NCBI GenBank assembly: GCA_037142615.1 | Contig: JBAXAI010000001.1 | Coordinates: forward strand, 1 to 64,000 | Source of the DNA: Spirochaetales bacterium | Lineage (GTDB): Bacteria; Spirochaetota; Spirochaetia; JABEVK01 | DNA: 64,000 nt | Direction: 5' to 3' | In this document: one piece after another, positions 1 to 9,750 of the stretch | Position numbering within the stretch: the stretch's first letter is position 1 | How the letters are laid out: the number at the start of each line of letters is the position of its first letter | Notes under the pieces: generated by a model | Database searches by the model: none | What the model was told of the DNA's origin: nothing | What the model saw: the letters and a program-made list of their open reading frames with translations, nothing else | Translations under genes and position numbers: made by a program

Positions 1-1341
1 CAAGGGGCTCGTTGAAGAATCTGGCAACAAGATGGGTCGGAGCTCCTTGGCGCACTGGCCTACCAGGCCCTGACCGAGCTCGTACGCAGGCAGGTCCCCC
101 AGGAGCCTTCCATGGGCACCGACGGGTTCGAGCCGAGCGTTGGAATCATTCGTCGCGTAGAAGGCCGCGCTGTCAACTCCCAGTCGGGGCGAGGTCTCGT
201 GAAAGAAGATGCGGGCGAACTCGACCACGTCTTGAGCCCGGTGAAGCTTCGCGGAGAGGTCAACGAGGTACGACTTCGTGGCGGAATCTGCCTCGAGTTT
301 TTGCGAATACACCAAGAGGTCGGCCTCGGCCGCCTTGCGCGACGTGTGCGCCCGGTGGAGGCGGTGGCGCCAGGCCAGAAAGAAAGACCCCAAAAGGATC
401 ACGAGGGCCGCGCTTCCGAAGCCGAGCTCGAGCATGAGAAACGTCGGCAGGGTCTCATCGAGGTCCCCGAGCAGGACGAGAGTCCAGGCACCGGCCGGAT
501 CGTTCCAATGGACGTCTGCACGGGCCACTCCAAAACGGTGACCCCCGAAGGCAACCTCGCCGTGGGTAAGGTCGAAGTCCAGGACCCCGGGCACTCCGGT
601 GTCGAATTGGGCGCCAAACTGTTTGAGATCTCGGATGGCCTCAAGTTGCGTCGGAGTTGCCGGTGACGCGAGTCGACCAACCCACGACTCCTGATCGGCG
701 GCAAAGACGATGTTTTGCGGTGAAAGCAGCAGGGCGTGCCCCTTCCAAGACTTGAGCGCGGAGTCGACACGGGAAAGGTCGAGGCGAGCGACTGCGGCCC
801 CGATGATTGTCGCGCTCAGAGAGACCTTGCTGTAAAGAGGGGCGGCAAAATACAGGGCTCGCTGGCCCGTGTTCAGGCTGACCGCGGCGTACACGTTCCG
901 CTGGCCCTTCATCGCGATCTGGAAATACGGGCGGAACTTCACATCGAGCCCATTGCTGGACTTGCCACCCTTGTCCCAGGAGGCCTGGATGACACCGTTC
1001 GAGTTCACAACGAAGACCCCGGAGGCGTCGTAGAGGTTCCCCACGGCCTCGAGGGTGTCGAGAAGCACTCGGTCGCCGGGTTCGACAGCCCCCAAGGCGG
1101 AGCTCTTCACGGCAAGGTTCACGAGGCCCAAATTGGCCACCGAGCCCATGACATTGCCGTTCAGGGTCTGCGCCGTGACTTCGTCGCCCCGGCGCTGCGC
1201 TTCCAGAGCGACGATGGCACGACTGTTGGCTTCCAGGGCCAAACGGCCCAGCTCGACCGAGGCGGTCGCAACCAGGGCGGCGAGACCCAGGAGGAGCAGC
1301 CACGGTCCAACCTGCCCCATGCGTCCCTGTCGTTGTTTCAT
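1..1341 (-). CDS. Membrane sensor with DctB-like dCache domain, probably a histidine kinase; runs off the window start
   Basis: Hand translation from ATG 1341 (GGAG upstream): MKQRQGRMGQVGPWLLLLGLAAL..., containing DVKFRPYFQIAMKGQRNVYAAVSLNTGQRALYFAAPL. Absent from the ORF track, probably because no stop lies inside the window. Divergent from two receiver genes. Confidence 0.75.
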   Translation of the reverse strand, partial: MKQRQGRMGQVGPWLLLLGLAALVATASVELGRLALEANSRAIVALEAQRRGDEVTAQTLNGNVMGSVANLGLVNLAVKSSALGAVEPGDRVLLDTLEAVGNLYDASGVFVVNSNGVIQASWDKGGKSSNGLDVKFRPYFQIAMKGQRNVYAAVSLNTGQRALYFAAPLYSKVSLSATIIGAAVARLDLSRVDSALKSWKGHALLLSPQNIVFAADQESWVGRLASPATPTQLEAIRDLKQFGAQFDTGVPGVLDFDLTHGEVAFGGHRFGVARADVHWNDPAGAWTLVLLGDLDETLPTFLMLELGFGSAALVILLGSFFLAWRHRLHRAHTSRKAAEADLLVYSQKLEADSATKSYLVDLSAKLHRAQDVVEFARIFFHETSPRLGVDSAAFYATNDSNARLEPVGAHGRLLGDLPAYELGQGLVGQCAKELRPILLPDSSTSPL

Positions 1342-1441
1342 TCGTACCCGCTCCTGCACTCCCGATAAGGTAGTGGTTACCCGGCAATGTTGTCAAATCG
1401 GATGCTTGACGCCGAATGGTGGAGCCCTTCATACTCCCTCC

Positions 1442-1806
<365 letters not shown>

Positions 1807-1810
<4 letters not shown>

Positions 1811-2853
1811 AAACGGTGCTCATTGTTGACGACACTCCCGACAACATCACGTTGCTCAAAGGGGTGCTCGACGGCCAGTACCGGCTGCGGGTGGCAACTT
1901 CGGGCACCAAGGCTCTCGACATCTGCCGCGAGGCGCAGAAGCCCGACCTGCTCTTGCTCGATGTGATGATGCCTGGCCTCGACGGGTACCAGGTGTGCCA
2001 GCAGCTCAAGGCTGATGCATCCACTGCGGCGATTCCCATCATCTTCATCACGGCCATGGATGCCGACGAGGACGAGGAGAAGGGCCTCAAGCTCGGCGCT
2101 GTCGACTACATCACCAAGCCCATCAGCCCTTCGATCGTCAACCAACGGGTCAAGACGCACCTGGAGCTGCAATCGGCCCGGCAGAAGGTCGAGGAGCTCA
2201 GCCGCAAGTACTCGTCGTACCTGTCGCCCGAGTTGGTGCAGGGACTGCGGGCCGGCAACATCAACAACGAGGTCAGTTCCCGCCGCAAGCCGCTGACCGT
2301 GTTCTTTTCGGACATTCAGGGGTTCACGGCCAAGAGCGAGATCATGAGCCCCGAGAGCATGACCTTGGGCCTCAACCACTACTTCGAGACCATGGCGGCG
2401 ATCGTCACCAAGTACGGGGGAACCCTCGACAAGTACATCGGTGATGCGGTGATGGTCTTCTTCGGCGATCCCGAAACGCAGGGCTTGGAGGCTGACGCGA
2501 TCGCCTGCGTGGGCATGGCCCTCGAAATGCAGCAGACCATCCCGAAAGTGCAGGAGGCTTGGCGGGAACTCGGGGTGCCCGAGACGTTGCGCATCCGCAT
2601 CGGCATCGCCACGGGCTCGTGCACGGTGGGCAACTTCGGCTCGAAGTCGCAGCTGACCTACACCATCCTCGGCCCGACGGTCAATTTGGCCTCGCGCCTC
2701 GAGTCGAATGGCATCGTCGGCGGGGTCGTTGTCTCCGACGAGACGTGGAACCTTGTGAAGCACCAGTTCCGCGGGACAGCTCTCCCTCCGCTGAGCCTGA
2801 AGGGCATCTCGCTCCCCATCCAGGCGTGGAGCGTCGAGCCGCTCGTCCCGTAA
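1807..2853 (+). CDS. Receiver domain fused to class III adenylate cyclase
   Basis: N-terminal receiver. Cyclase motifs FFSDIQGFT, DKYIGDAVMVFFG, RIGIATG, YTILGPTVNLASRLES. ATGA overlap with the upstream gene. Confidence 0.92.
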
Positions 2854-2866
2854 CCTCTGGGTCTCC

Positions 2867-5218
2867 CTACGGTAACAGCTTCAGAACCTGGCCCGCAGCG
2901 CTCTCGCCGTGCAAGCGCGTCACGTGGTAGGTCCCTTTCTCCCAGTCTTCGACCTGGTTGTCGTACCAAGGACTGTTGAACAACCCCGACTGCCCCGGCG
3001 CCAAGATATGGCTGGCCTGGCTGGTATCGGCCAAATCGACGACATAGCGCCACGAGGCCCCGTGAACGATGAACCCGGTGACGGCGTCGGCGCGTGCGGC
3101 CTGAACCGTGGTCGCGCTTCCGCCGGTGGGAACTGCTTTGCGCAGGTTGAACACGTAGTTGAGCGGGCTGACACTCGAAAGCGGGTGCGTAAAGCGCAGG
3201 CCGTGCGCGGCCCCCCACTGCCACTTGTCCATTTGCTGTCCCTGAAGCTTTGTGCCGTCGGCGAGGGCCAAGTCGAGCGCCTTTTTGACGACTGCGGTCA
3301 GGCCACCGTTGTCGGTGAGCCAAGCACTTTCGTTTCCGGCAACAGCACGGCGCACCAGTTGGTCGAGGGCCTGGGCACGGTTCTCGAACAGGTCGTACAC
3401 CTTCTTGGGTATCGCCTGGACGAACAGCACTTCGCTGAGTTTTTCCTGAAGTTTTTGGTAGATGAACGCAGCGGCACTGTCGGACAGTTCCACGTAGTCC
3501 CACGCCTTGAGCAGCTTGACGGCTTGGGTCTCCTCGGCGTTCAAGGTTGTCTTTTCGAGCAGGCCGAGGTAGATCGGGGCAAACTCCTGCGCCTGAAGGT
3601 CAAGCTTGTCCATTTGAAGGGCCCGCAGATCGGCCGCCGTCAGCTTGTCTTTCGACGAAAGCACGGCCTTGATCCGCGCTTCCCGGTAGGGCTGAGCCCA
3701 GGTGTCGCTGAGGTGGAAGGGGTAGTCGTCGCCCACGACCTTGTTGTTGGCGGTGGCGATAAACCCTTCCTTGGGATTGACCAGCCGGGGAAGCTTGTCC
3801 CAGGGGATGAAGCCCGTCCACTCGTTGTCGTCATTCCAGCCCGGAACAGGCACCTGCACGTTGCCGCCCTTGCGGATGGGAATGCGCCCGTTGGCCTTGT
3901 AGGCGATGGTGCCATCGGTGCTGGCGAACACGAAGTTCTGCGCCGGGGCCTCGAACAGCTCAAGGGCCTTCTCGAACTCGGCCCACGTTTTGCTGCGGTC
4001 AAACCGCAGGATGGCTTCGAGCTCACGGGTGGGCTCAAGTGCGGTCCATTTGAGGGCCAGCACGACGCTCGAATCGGACTGCTGGGTAAAGTCACTGATA
4101 ACGGGCCCGTGTCGCGTGATGGTCACTTTGAGGGGCACCGCGGGTTTGCCCTTGACCGCGATCTGGGCGTTGATCACCTGCGCGTCTTCCCACGCGTCGT
4201 TGTGTTCAAACTGGTCTGGATTGGCAGGATTTCTTTTCTCGATATAGAGATCCTGCACGTCGGGCCCCACGTTGGTGACCCCCCAGGCGGCAAACTCGTT
4301 GTGCCCCAAAATGATGCCCGGGATGCCGGCGAAGATGACGCCGCTCACCAGTTGGCCGGGAGCCTCGAGCACCGTCTGGTACCACACCGAGGGTGTCGCC
4401 AGCCCGAGGTGCGGGTCGTCAGCCAACAGCGGTTTGCCCGACTCGGTCTTGCTGCCGGAAACCACCCAGTCGTTGCTGCCGTTGAACGGCTCCGGCACGG
4501 GGGCGCTGGCGAACCACGCATCGATCTTGAGTTCCCCCTGAGGGATGATCGTCGGTGCTTTGTCGGGGTAGCTGGGGAACAGGTCCAGGGCCTTTTCCTT
4601 CGAAACGTTGGCAAGAAGCCAGGCGCGGAAGGCCTGCCCGGGCCAGTGGCCGCCGAGGTCGTAGGCCATGTACTTGCCGATGGCAAGCGAGTCGACCGGC
4701 GTCCACTCGGTGGGTTGGTACCCCAGCAGCGTGAACTCGAGCGGCAAACGCCCCTCAGCGATCACCTGCGCCCGCAGCGCGTTGACCCCGTCGGCGTAGG
4801 CCTGCAACACGGCCTGTGCCTCGGGCGAATAGGCCTTCCACGAGGCCTCGGCCGCGCGGCGCAAGCCGAAGGTGACGAAAAACTTGTCGCGCTCCAGAGC
4901 CTTTTCGCCCACGACCTCGCTAAGCTGGCCCGAAGCTTGTCGCCGGCTGAGGTCCATCTGGAAAAGCCGGTCCTGCGCCGTCACGTAGCCTTGCGCAAAG
5001 TAGAGGTCGTGGTCGTTGGTGGCGACAAGGTGGGGAACCCCTTCCGGGTCGCGGCTGACGCTCACCGCGGCGGTGAGTCCTTGCAGGTGGAGTTCGCCGC
5101 TCGTCACGGGAAGCGGTCTGCCGGTCCAAAGGCCCAGGCCGACCAAGGCCAAAACAAGGAGGCCGACAAGGCCTGCCATAGTCCAGCCGAAGATTCGCCA
5201 GAAAGGGTGGGTTTTCAT
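2867..5218 (-). CDS. Penicillin acylase family (Ntn hydrolase) protein with N-terminal membrane anchor
   Basis: AQGYVTAQDRLFQMDL; beta-subunit start GSNDWVVSG; DPHL; PGQSG. Start could be 5218, 5227 or 5254. Confidence 0.92.
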   Translation of the reverse strand: MKTHPFWRIFGWTMAGLVGLLVLALVGLGLWTGRPLPVTSGELHLQGLTAAVSVSRDPEGVPHLVATNDHDLYFAQGYVTAQDRLFQMDLSRRQASGQLSEVVGEKALERDKFFVTFGLRRAAEASWKAYSPEAQAVLQAYADGVNALRAQVIAEGRLPLEFTLLGYQPTEWTPVDSLAIGKYMAYDLGGHWPGQAFRAWLLANVSKEKALDLFPSYPDKAPTIIPQGELKIDAWFASAPVPEPFNGSNDWVVSGSKTESGKPLLADDPHLGLATPSVWYQTVLEAPGQLVSGVIFAGIPGIILGHNEFAAWGVTNVGPDVQDLYIEKRNPANPDQFEHNDAWEDAQVINAQIAVKGKPAVPLKVTITRHGPVISDFTQQSDSSVVLALKWTALEPTRELEAILRFDRSKTWAEFEKALELFEAPAQNFVFASTDGTIAYKANGRIPIRKGGNVQVPVPGWNDDNEWTGFIPWDKLPRLVNPKEGFIATANNKVVGDDYPFHLSDTWAQPYREARIKAVLSSKDKLTAADLRALQMDKLDLQAQEFAPIYLGLLEKTTLNAEETQAVKLLKAWDYVELSDSAAAFIYQKLQEKLSEVLFVQAIPKKVYDLFENRAQALDQLVRRAVAGNESAWLTDNGGLTAVVKKALDLALADGTKLQGQQMDKWQWGAAHGLRFTHPLSSVSPLNYVFNLRKAVPTGGSATTVQAARADAVTGFIVHGASWRYVVDLADTSQASHILAPGQSGLFNSPWYDNQVEDWEKGTYHVTRLHGESAAGQVLKLLP

Positions 5219-5269
5219 GACTCCCATCGTGGGGTGATCGGCGTGGTTTGTCAAACTGGAGCCAATGGG

Positions 5270-5476
5270 TCAGTCCTCGTCGGCATCAACCTCGTAGCGC
5301 ACCGTCATAGGGTTACCGTGTTCGTCCGGAATTGTGCGCTCGAGGTACACTCGGCCGTCGATGGTCCGGTGGATGACGGTATTGTCACTGTCTCTGACGT
5401 ACTCTTCCTCGTGCGTGGTGGCGCAAGAGGCTGATACGAGCAAGCCAAAGAGCACGGTCACCGCCGGAAGTCTCAT
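5270..5476 (-). CDS. Small putative lipoprotein
   Basis: Signal peptide with lipobox-like LVSASC; GGAGG upstream. Confidence 0.6.
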   Translation of the reverse strand: MRLPAVTVLFGLLVSASCATTHEEEYVRDSDNTVIHRTIDGRVYLERTIPDEHGNPMTVRYEVDADED

Positions 5477-5480
5477 GGTA

Positions 5481-6953
5481 TCAATCCTCCAGAACTACCA
5501 CCAAACCAAGCACTTCATTCACCTTTGCCAACATCTTTACAGACCGGTCGAGCTTGTCGAACATGGTAGGAAAGCGCCGACGCAGGGCATTGGCACCCGA
5601 GTAGTACCTCGGTACCGACTCGGTGGCGTCTTCCTGATAGGCAAGCAGGCGCGCTTGAAGCTCTGTCAGGGTGCGCAGACCTTGCCGGCAGATCACATCG
5701 ACCCGGTCGTTCGCGTGGTTGACTGCGTTGGGCGCGCTTTCGTGCACGCGCGTGTCGATAAACTGATGGTCAATCAGTGCCTGAACCGGCGCGAGCGTCG
5801 AGGCTGAAGGCGACTTGAACTCCTGTGCCAGCGTGTCGAGAGAACCCATCAGCCGGTAGTAGTTGTCCAGCGTGTTATGGAACTCCTGCCTCCGCGCTTC
5901 GCTGACGAAGTCGACTTCGAGTTGAAACCCTTGAAACAGCTCGCGGAGCATCGGGTCAAAGCCCTTTTGGAGGGTAGCGAGGATCTGCAAGGCATCCACA
6001 TGCAACAACTCCGGAAGGCGCTTGCCCACCAGGAAATCGCTGTACTTCTGGTTGTACTGCGGGAACTCGGCGAGCTCGAAGTTCCCAAACACATTCTTGA
6101 CCTTTTGCGCGAGATTCTTCCGCTGTTCCAGCCTGTCTTTGCGTCGGGTTTCGGCAAGGAACGAACCGGTGAACTCTCGCAGCGCCTCGGAGAAACCGGG
6201 CGGTTTGTAGCGGGCCACCTTGGTGGGAAAGGTCGGCTCGGCCAGAATGCCGCGAATCAAGTCCTGAAAGCGCTTGTCGCCGTTGAGTTCGATCAGGCCG
6301 GCGCGCAACTGCTTCAAGCTGTCGACCGAAGCCGCCGCAAAGCCTTCCTTCAAGACAAGTTCCAGCATCGGGTTGACTCGGACAGGTTCGGACACGTAGT
6401 AAAGGTCGAGGAGCCTGTCGACAAACTTGAGCCCGCGTTGCGGAGACCTTTGGGCTTTTTTCGGGAACAGGCCTTCCAGTTGCGACCAAGGATGGCAGAT
6501 CAGGTGCAACAGGGCATCGAGCCCGATCAGGGCTCTGTCCCACTCGGCGGCCTCTCCCTGGGGAAGGGAGTTGACCCGCTCCAGCAGCCTTTCGCGCTGC
6601 TGGTCCGACAGCTCGGCTTCGGCGTTCAATTGTTCGCTGCTCAGTTGATGCCGCTGCAGGTAGGCCTCCACCAGGCGGTCCCGCAGGTTCTCGAGGTAAC
6701 CTGCCGGTGGAACAAGCTTGTCTTCCAGGTGTACTGAGCGGGCCAAAGTGCGGCTAACTTCGGCCAACCGTTCCAACACGGCGCCAAACTCGGGCGACAG
6801 TTGGTCAACCACGGGCCGGTACCAAGCAGGCTGGATCTTGAAGAGCGAGTTCCAAAGCTGGGCGAGTTCTTTGTCTTTGCTGTCAGCACCGATCAGGCCC
6901 GGCAGATACAACACAAGCCACCGCCGGAACGGGTGGTATTCGCGCTCAATCAT
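5481..6953 (-). CDS. Hypothetical alpha-helical protein (490 aa)
   Basis: Long ORF with natural composition; no motif recognised. Confidence 0.7.
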   Translation of the reverse strand: MIEREYHPFRRWLVLYLPGLIGADSKDKELAQLWNSLFKIQPAWYRPVVDQLSPEFGAVLERLAEVSRTLARSVHLEDKLVPPAGYLENLRDRLVEAYLQRHQLSSEQLNAEAELSDQQRERLLERVNSLPQGEAAEWDRALIGLDALLHLICHPWSQLEGLFPKKAQRSPQRGLKFVDRLLDLYYVSEPVRVNPMLELVLKEGFAAASVDSLKQLRAGLIELNGDKRFQDLIRGILAEPTFPTKVARYKPPGFSEALREFTGSFLAETRRKDRLEQRKNLAQKVKNVFGNFELAEFPQYNQKYSDFLVGKRLPELLHVDALQILATLQKGFDPMLRELFQGFQLEVDFVSEARRQEFHNTLDNYYRLMGSLDTLAQEFKSPSASTLAPVQALIDHQFIDTRVHESAPNAVNHANDRVDVICRQGLRTLTELQARLLAYQEDATESVPRYYSGANALRRRFPTMFDKLDRSVKMLAKVNEVLGLVVVLED

Positions 6954-7016
6954 GGCGCCCCCTCACACCAGTATAGCCTATTGCGTAATATACGTTAACA
7001 GGACATTATTTCGAAT

Positions 7017-7532
7017 ATGAAACAAACTTTGTCGACGTTTCTGTTTTTTTTCTTCTTCGCCGGTGCGTTGTCGGCTTTTGAGGCGCGGGTTGGCGCCGTG
7101 GTGTCGCCTCCGGGCACATTCGCCGTGGATGCGGTTGCCGAAGGTGGACTCGAGCTGTTCGACGACAGCCTGAAGTCGGAACTCGGCCTGGAACTCGGGC
7201 TCGCGGGCATGGGTTACCGGGCGCTGGTTCCCGTGGGTCTTGCGTTCGAAACCTACCTCGACGGGGGTTGGGGCTGGGGGCTCGCCCTCCACGGCCTCGC
7301 GGGGGCAGGGTTTAGCTCCGGAACGACTGCGTTCCTATGGGGCGGCGAGGCGGAAGTTCGGACCGAGTTTGCCTGGGTTCCCGGGCTGGCGGTCGGACTC
7401 TCAGCCGCCGTGCGCTATGTGGGCAACGCGTGGGAGTTTCCCCTCCATCTGCTGTTCGAATTGCCCTTTGGGCCCGAAGACAAGCTCGATTTCGTCCTCG
7501 AGCGCGACAGCTCGGAAGAAGCAGGTCACTGA
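7017..7532 (+). CDS. Hypothetical exported protein, possibly beta-barrel-like
   Basis: Signal peptide followed by Gly/aromatic-rich alternating strands. Confidence 0.55.
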   Translation: MKQTLSTFLFFFFFAGALSAFEARVGAVVSPPGTFAVDAVAEGGLELFDDSLKSELGLELGLAGMGYRALVPVGLAFETYLDGGWGWGLALHGLAGAGFSSGTTAFLWGGEAEVRTEFAWVPGLAVGLSAAVRYVGNAWEFPLHLLFELPFGPEDKLDFVLERDSSEEAGH

Positions 7533-8005
7533 TGAAGTACCTTTCCCGATTACTCTTGCTCTGCACCTTGCTCGCGGTGCCGACCCTCAGCTTTGCCGCC
7601 TCGAACGAACTTCTGCTGGTGTTTTCGAGCAACTCGGAACTCAACCGCCACCTGTATTCCCTGATGGGGCAGGCTTTTGGCGGCAACTACAAGGTGTCAG
7701 CGACGCTGCAGACCTCGGCGGCCACCCCCGGCAAGTACAAGGCCATCATCGTGTTCAGTACCCGCGCTACGAGCGGGCTGGAACCTAGCCTGGAAGCCTT
7801 CATCAAGGGCTACCCGGCACCGGCCGAGATCTACCTGGTGAGTCTGCTTTCGCGCAGCAACAGCCTGGCGGTCACCCCCCTGTCGAAATCGTCGACTCCG
7901 GCGGGTGTCGACGGCGTAGCGGCGGCGACGCTGTGGACGGGCGCCTCTCGCGCCATGCACAACCAGTGGTTGCAGGTGCTCGTCACGGCCCTGAAGTCGA
8001 AGTAG
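7532..8005 (+). CDS. Hypothetical secreted protein
   Basis: ATG 7532 overlaps the upstream TGA; MKYLSRLLLLCTLLAVPTLSFA signal peptide. Confidence 0.65.
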   Translation: MKYLSRLLLLCTLLAVPTLSFAASNELLLVFSSNSELNRHLYSLMGQAFGGNYKVSATLQTSAATPGKYKAIIVFSTRATSGLEPSLEAFIKGYPAPAEIYLVSLLSRSNSLAVTPLSKSSTPAGVDGVAAATLWTGASRAMHNQWLQVLVTALKSK

Positions 8006-8014
8006 GCCCCCAAC

Positions 8015-9319
8015 ATGAAGAAACGTGGAATCGCTCTCCTGGTTGTGCTGTACATGATCTTGCCCCTGACTCAGGCGTGGGTCTACGTGCTTCAGGTCGC
8101 CAGCCAGAGTTTGGACGGCAGCTTCGACGTGCTGTTTTCGGCCAACTACTTCATGTCGATCCTGGCCTACCACTGGATGCTGTCCAACGTGCTGCTCTCG
8201 CTCAAATTGCCGCTCTTGCAGCACGTGCTGCCCTACGACCAGCGCATCCAGTTCCACGTGTACAGCACCATGGGAATCACATTCCTGCTGCTCTGGCACG
8301 CGACCCACACGATTTTGCTGAACTTCGGGGCCGTGGATCTGGTCAGTTGGGCCCTGATTCCGCTGTTCCTCGGCCTTATCGTGTTCTCCGTACTTTGGAT
8401 CCCCATCCCGGGGCTACGCAAAGTGGCGCTGAACAAGGCCTATGACTTTTTCAAGGGAAGCCACAAACTGCTGTTCCTGATTGTCGCTGCCGTCAGTTGG
8501 TGGCACATTGCCGACAAGTTCGAAATCCTGGACCCCAACGCGTCGCCCAATGTGCCGGTTTGGTCGGCCTGGGCGTTCGATGGCCTGTTTATCCTCACCG
8601 CGTTGGCTTGGGCGGTGGCCCGCGTGCGCGATTGGCTGTTGCCGGTGCTTGAGGTACAGTCGGTGGTCGTGCTGGCCGGCATCAGTCGCCTCACCCTGAG
8701 CACCCACCCCAGGCTGAAATACCACGCCGGCCAGTTTGCGTTTGTGCGCTTTCTGGTGCCCGGTATGCGGGCCGAGGAGCATCCGTTCTCGTTCACTACG
8801 ACGCCTCAGGATTCCACAGTCGGTTTTGCCATCCGGGAGCTCGGAGATTTCACGACCAAGGTTTCGCAGCTCAAACCCGGCGACAAGGTTCGCGTCAACG
8901 CAGGTTTCGGCTCGTTCAGTCCGATTCACCAGGGAACCCCCGGGCGACCGTTGGCGCTGATCGGTTCGGGCATCGGCGTGGCTCCACTGGTGAGCATTCT
9001 CAAGGACTTGGCATTGCGGGAACCCGAACGTGAGGTGGTGTACCTGCAGGCGTATTCCCGCCGCGAGGAGTTGCTCGAACCCGAGCGCGTCGCTGAGATC
9101 CAGAAGCTCATGCCCCACCTGACCGTAAAAACCTTGGTGTACGAAGAAGACTACGGGCGCTACGGCGAAGAGTTCTTCCGCAAGGAACTGCCCGACCCCA
9201 AACGTTACGATGTGTTTTTGTGTTCGTCGCCACGGGTGAGGGCCACGGTGCTGCCCGCCTTGCGCAAGATCGGCGTGCCGCGCGAAAACATCATTTTCGA
9301 GGCGTTCAACCTGGGGTAG
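8015..9319 (+). CDS. Ferric reductase-like transmembrane protein with FAD/NAD-binding (FNR) domain
   Basis: Transmembrane helices with paired His (QFHVY...LWHATH; SHKL...WWHI); EEHPFS; GSGIGVAP; C-terminal EAF. Confidence 0.88.
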   Translation: MKKRGIALLVVLYMILPLTQAWVYVLQVASQSLDGSFDVLFSANYFMSILAYHWMLSNVLLSLKLPLLQHVLPYDQRIQFHVYSTMGITFLLLWHATHTILLNFGAVDLVSWALIPLFLGLIVFSVLWIPIPGLRKVALNKAYDFFKGSHKLLFLIVAAVSWWHIADKFEILDPNASPNVPVWSAWAFDGLFILTALAWAVARVRDWLLPVLEVQSVVVLAGISRLTLSTHPRLKYHAGQFAFVRFLVPGMRAEEHPFSFTTTPQDSTVGFAIRELGDFTTKVSQLKPGDKVRVNAGFGSFSPIHQGTPGRPLALIGSGIGVAPLVSILKDLALREPEREVVYLQAYSRREELLEPERVAEIQKLMPHLTVKTLVYEEDYGRYGEEFFRKELPDPKRYDVFLCSSPRVRATVLPALRKIGVPRENIIFEAFNLG

Positions 9320-9408
9320 GGTGTGGGTGTGGCCCACCGGGGATGGTCGGGCTAGCGCGCCGAATTCGACCGCTGCTTCGATGAAGTTTGTATATATGCC
9401 CAATTGTC

Positions 9409-9445
9409 TTGTCATTCACTTCACAATTGCCTAATCTATAAGGCA
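9409..9445 (+). promoter_or_regulatory. Sigma70-like promoter with overlapping palindromic operator for the HipBA-like operon
   Basis: TTGTCA(9409)-17 bp-TAATCT(9432). Palindrome TGCCT-N8-AGGCA at 9428-9445 covers the -10 box and the first base of the start codon. Confidence 0.6.
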
Positions 9446-9750
9446 TGCCGCGACAACTTCGCCGTCCTTACCCGCAAGCCGAGCTGATGCTCAAAGACCT
9501 GGGAGAACGCCTCAAGCTCGCCCGAAAGCGACGGCGGATGACCGCGCTCCAGATGGCTGAGCGCTTGGGCGTGTCGCGCGAAACCCTACGACGACTCGAA
9601 AATGGCAGCGCCACGACGGCGGTAGGGACTCTTGTGCAGGCCCTGCGGATTCTCGGCTTGGCGGAAGACTTTGCTCGCCTGGCTGCACAAGACCACCTGG
9701 GTCGGAGCTTGCAAGATGCTGAGCTCCTTTCACCGGGGGATCAGCGGTGA
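9445..9750 (+). CDS. XRE-family HTH antitoxin (HipB-like)
   Basis: LGERLKLARKRRRMTALQMAERLGVSRETLRRLENG HTH; GTGA overlap with the HipA gene. Confidence 0.88.
   Translation: MPRQLRRPYPQAELMLKDLGERLKLARKRRRMTALQMAERLGVSRETLRRLENGSATTAVGTLVQALRILGLAEDFARLAAQDHLGRSLQDAELLSPGDQR

Noticed and set aside
112-1432. Track ORFs 112-666, 736-1368 and 641-1432
   Set aside because: The real gene is the minus-strand dCache sensor in another frame, running off the window.
2909-5434. 841 aa plus-strand ORF and similar long antisense ORFs (e.g. 32034-33167, 37797-39275, 61903-63009)
   Set aside because: Shadow ORFs opposite well-supported genes, expected in GC-rich DNA; no motifs.
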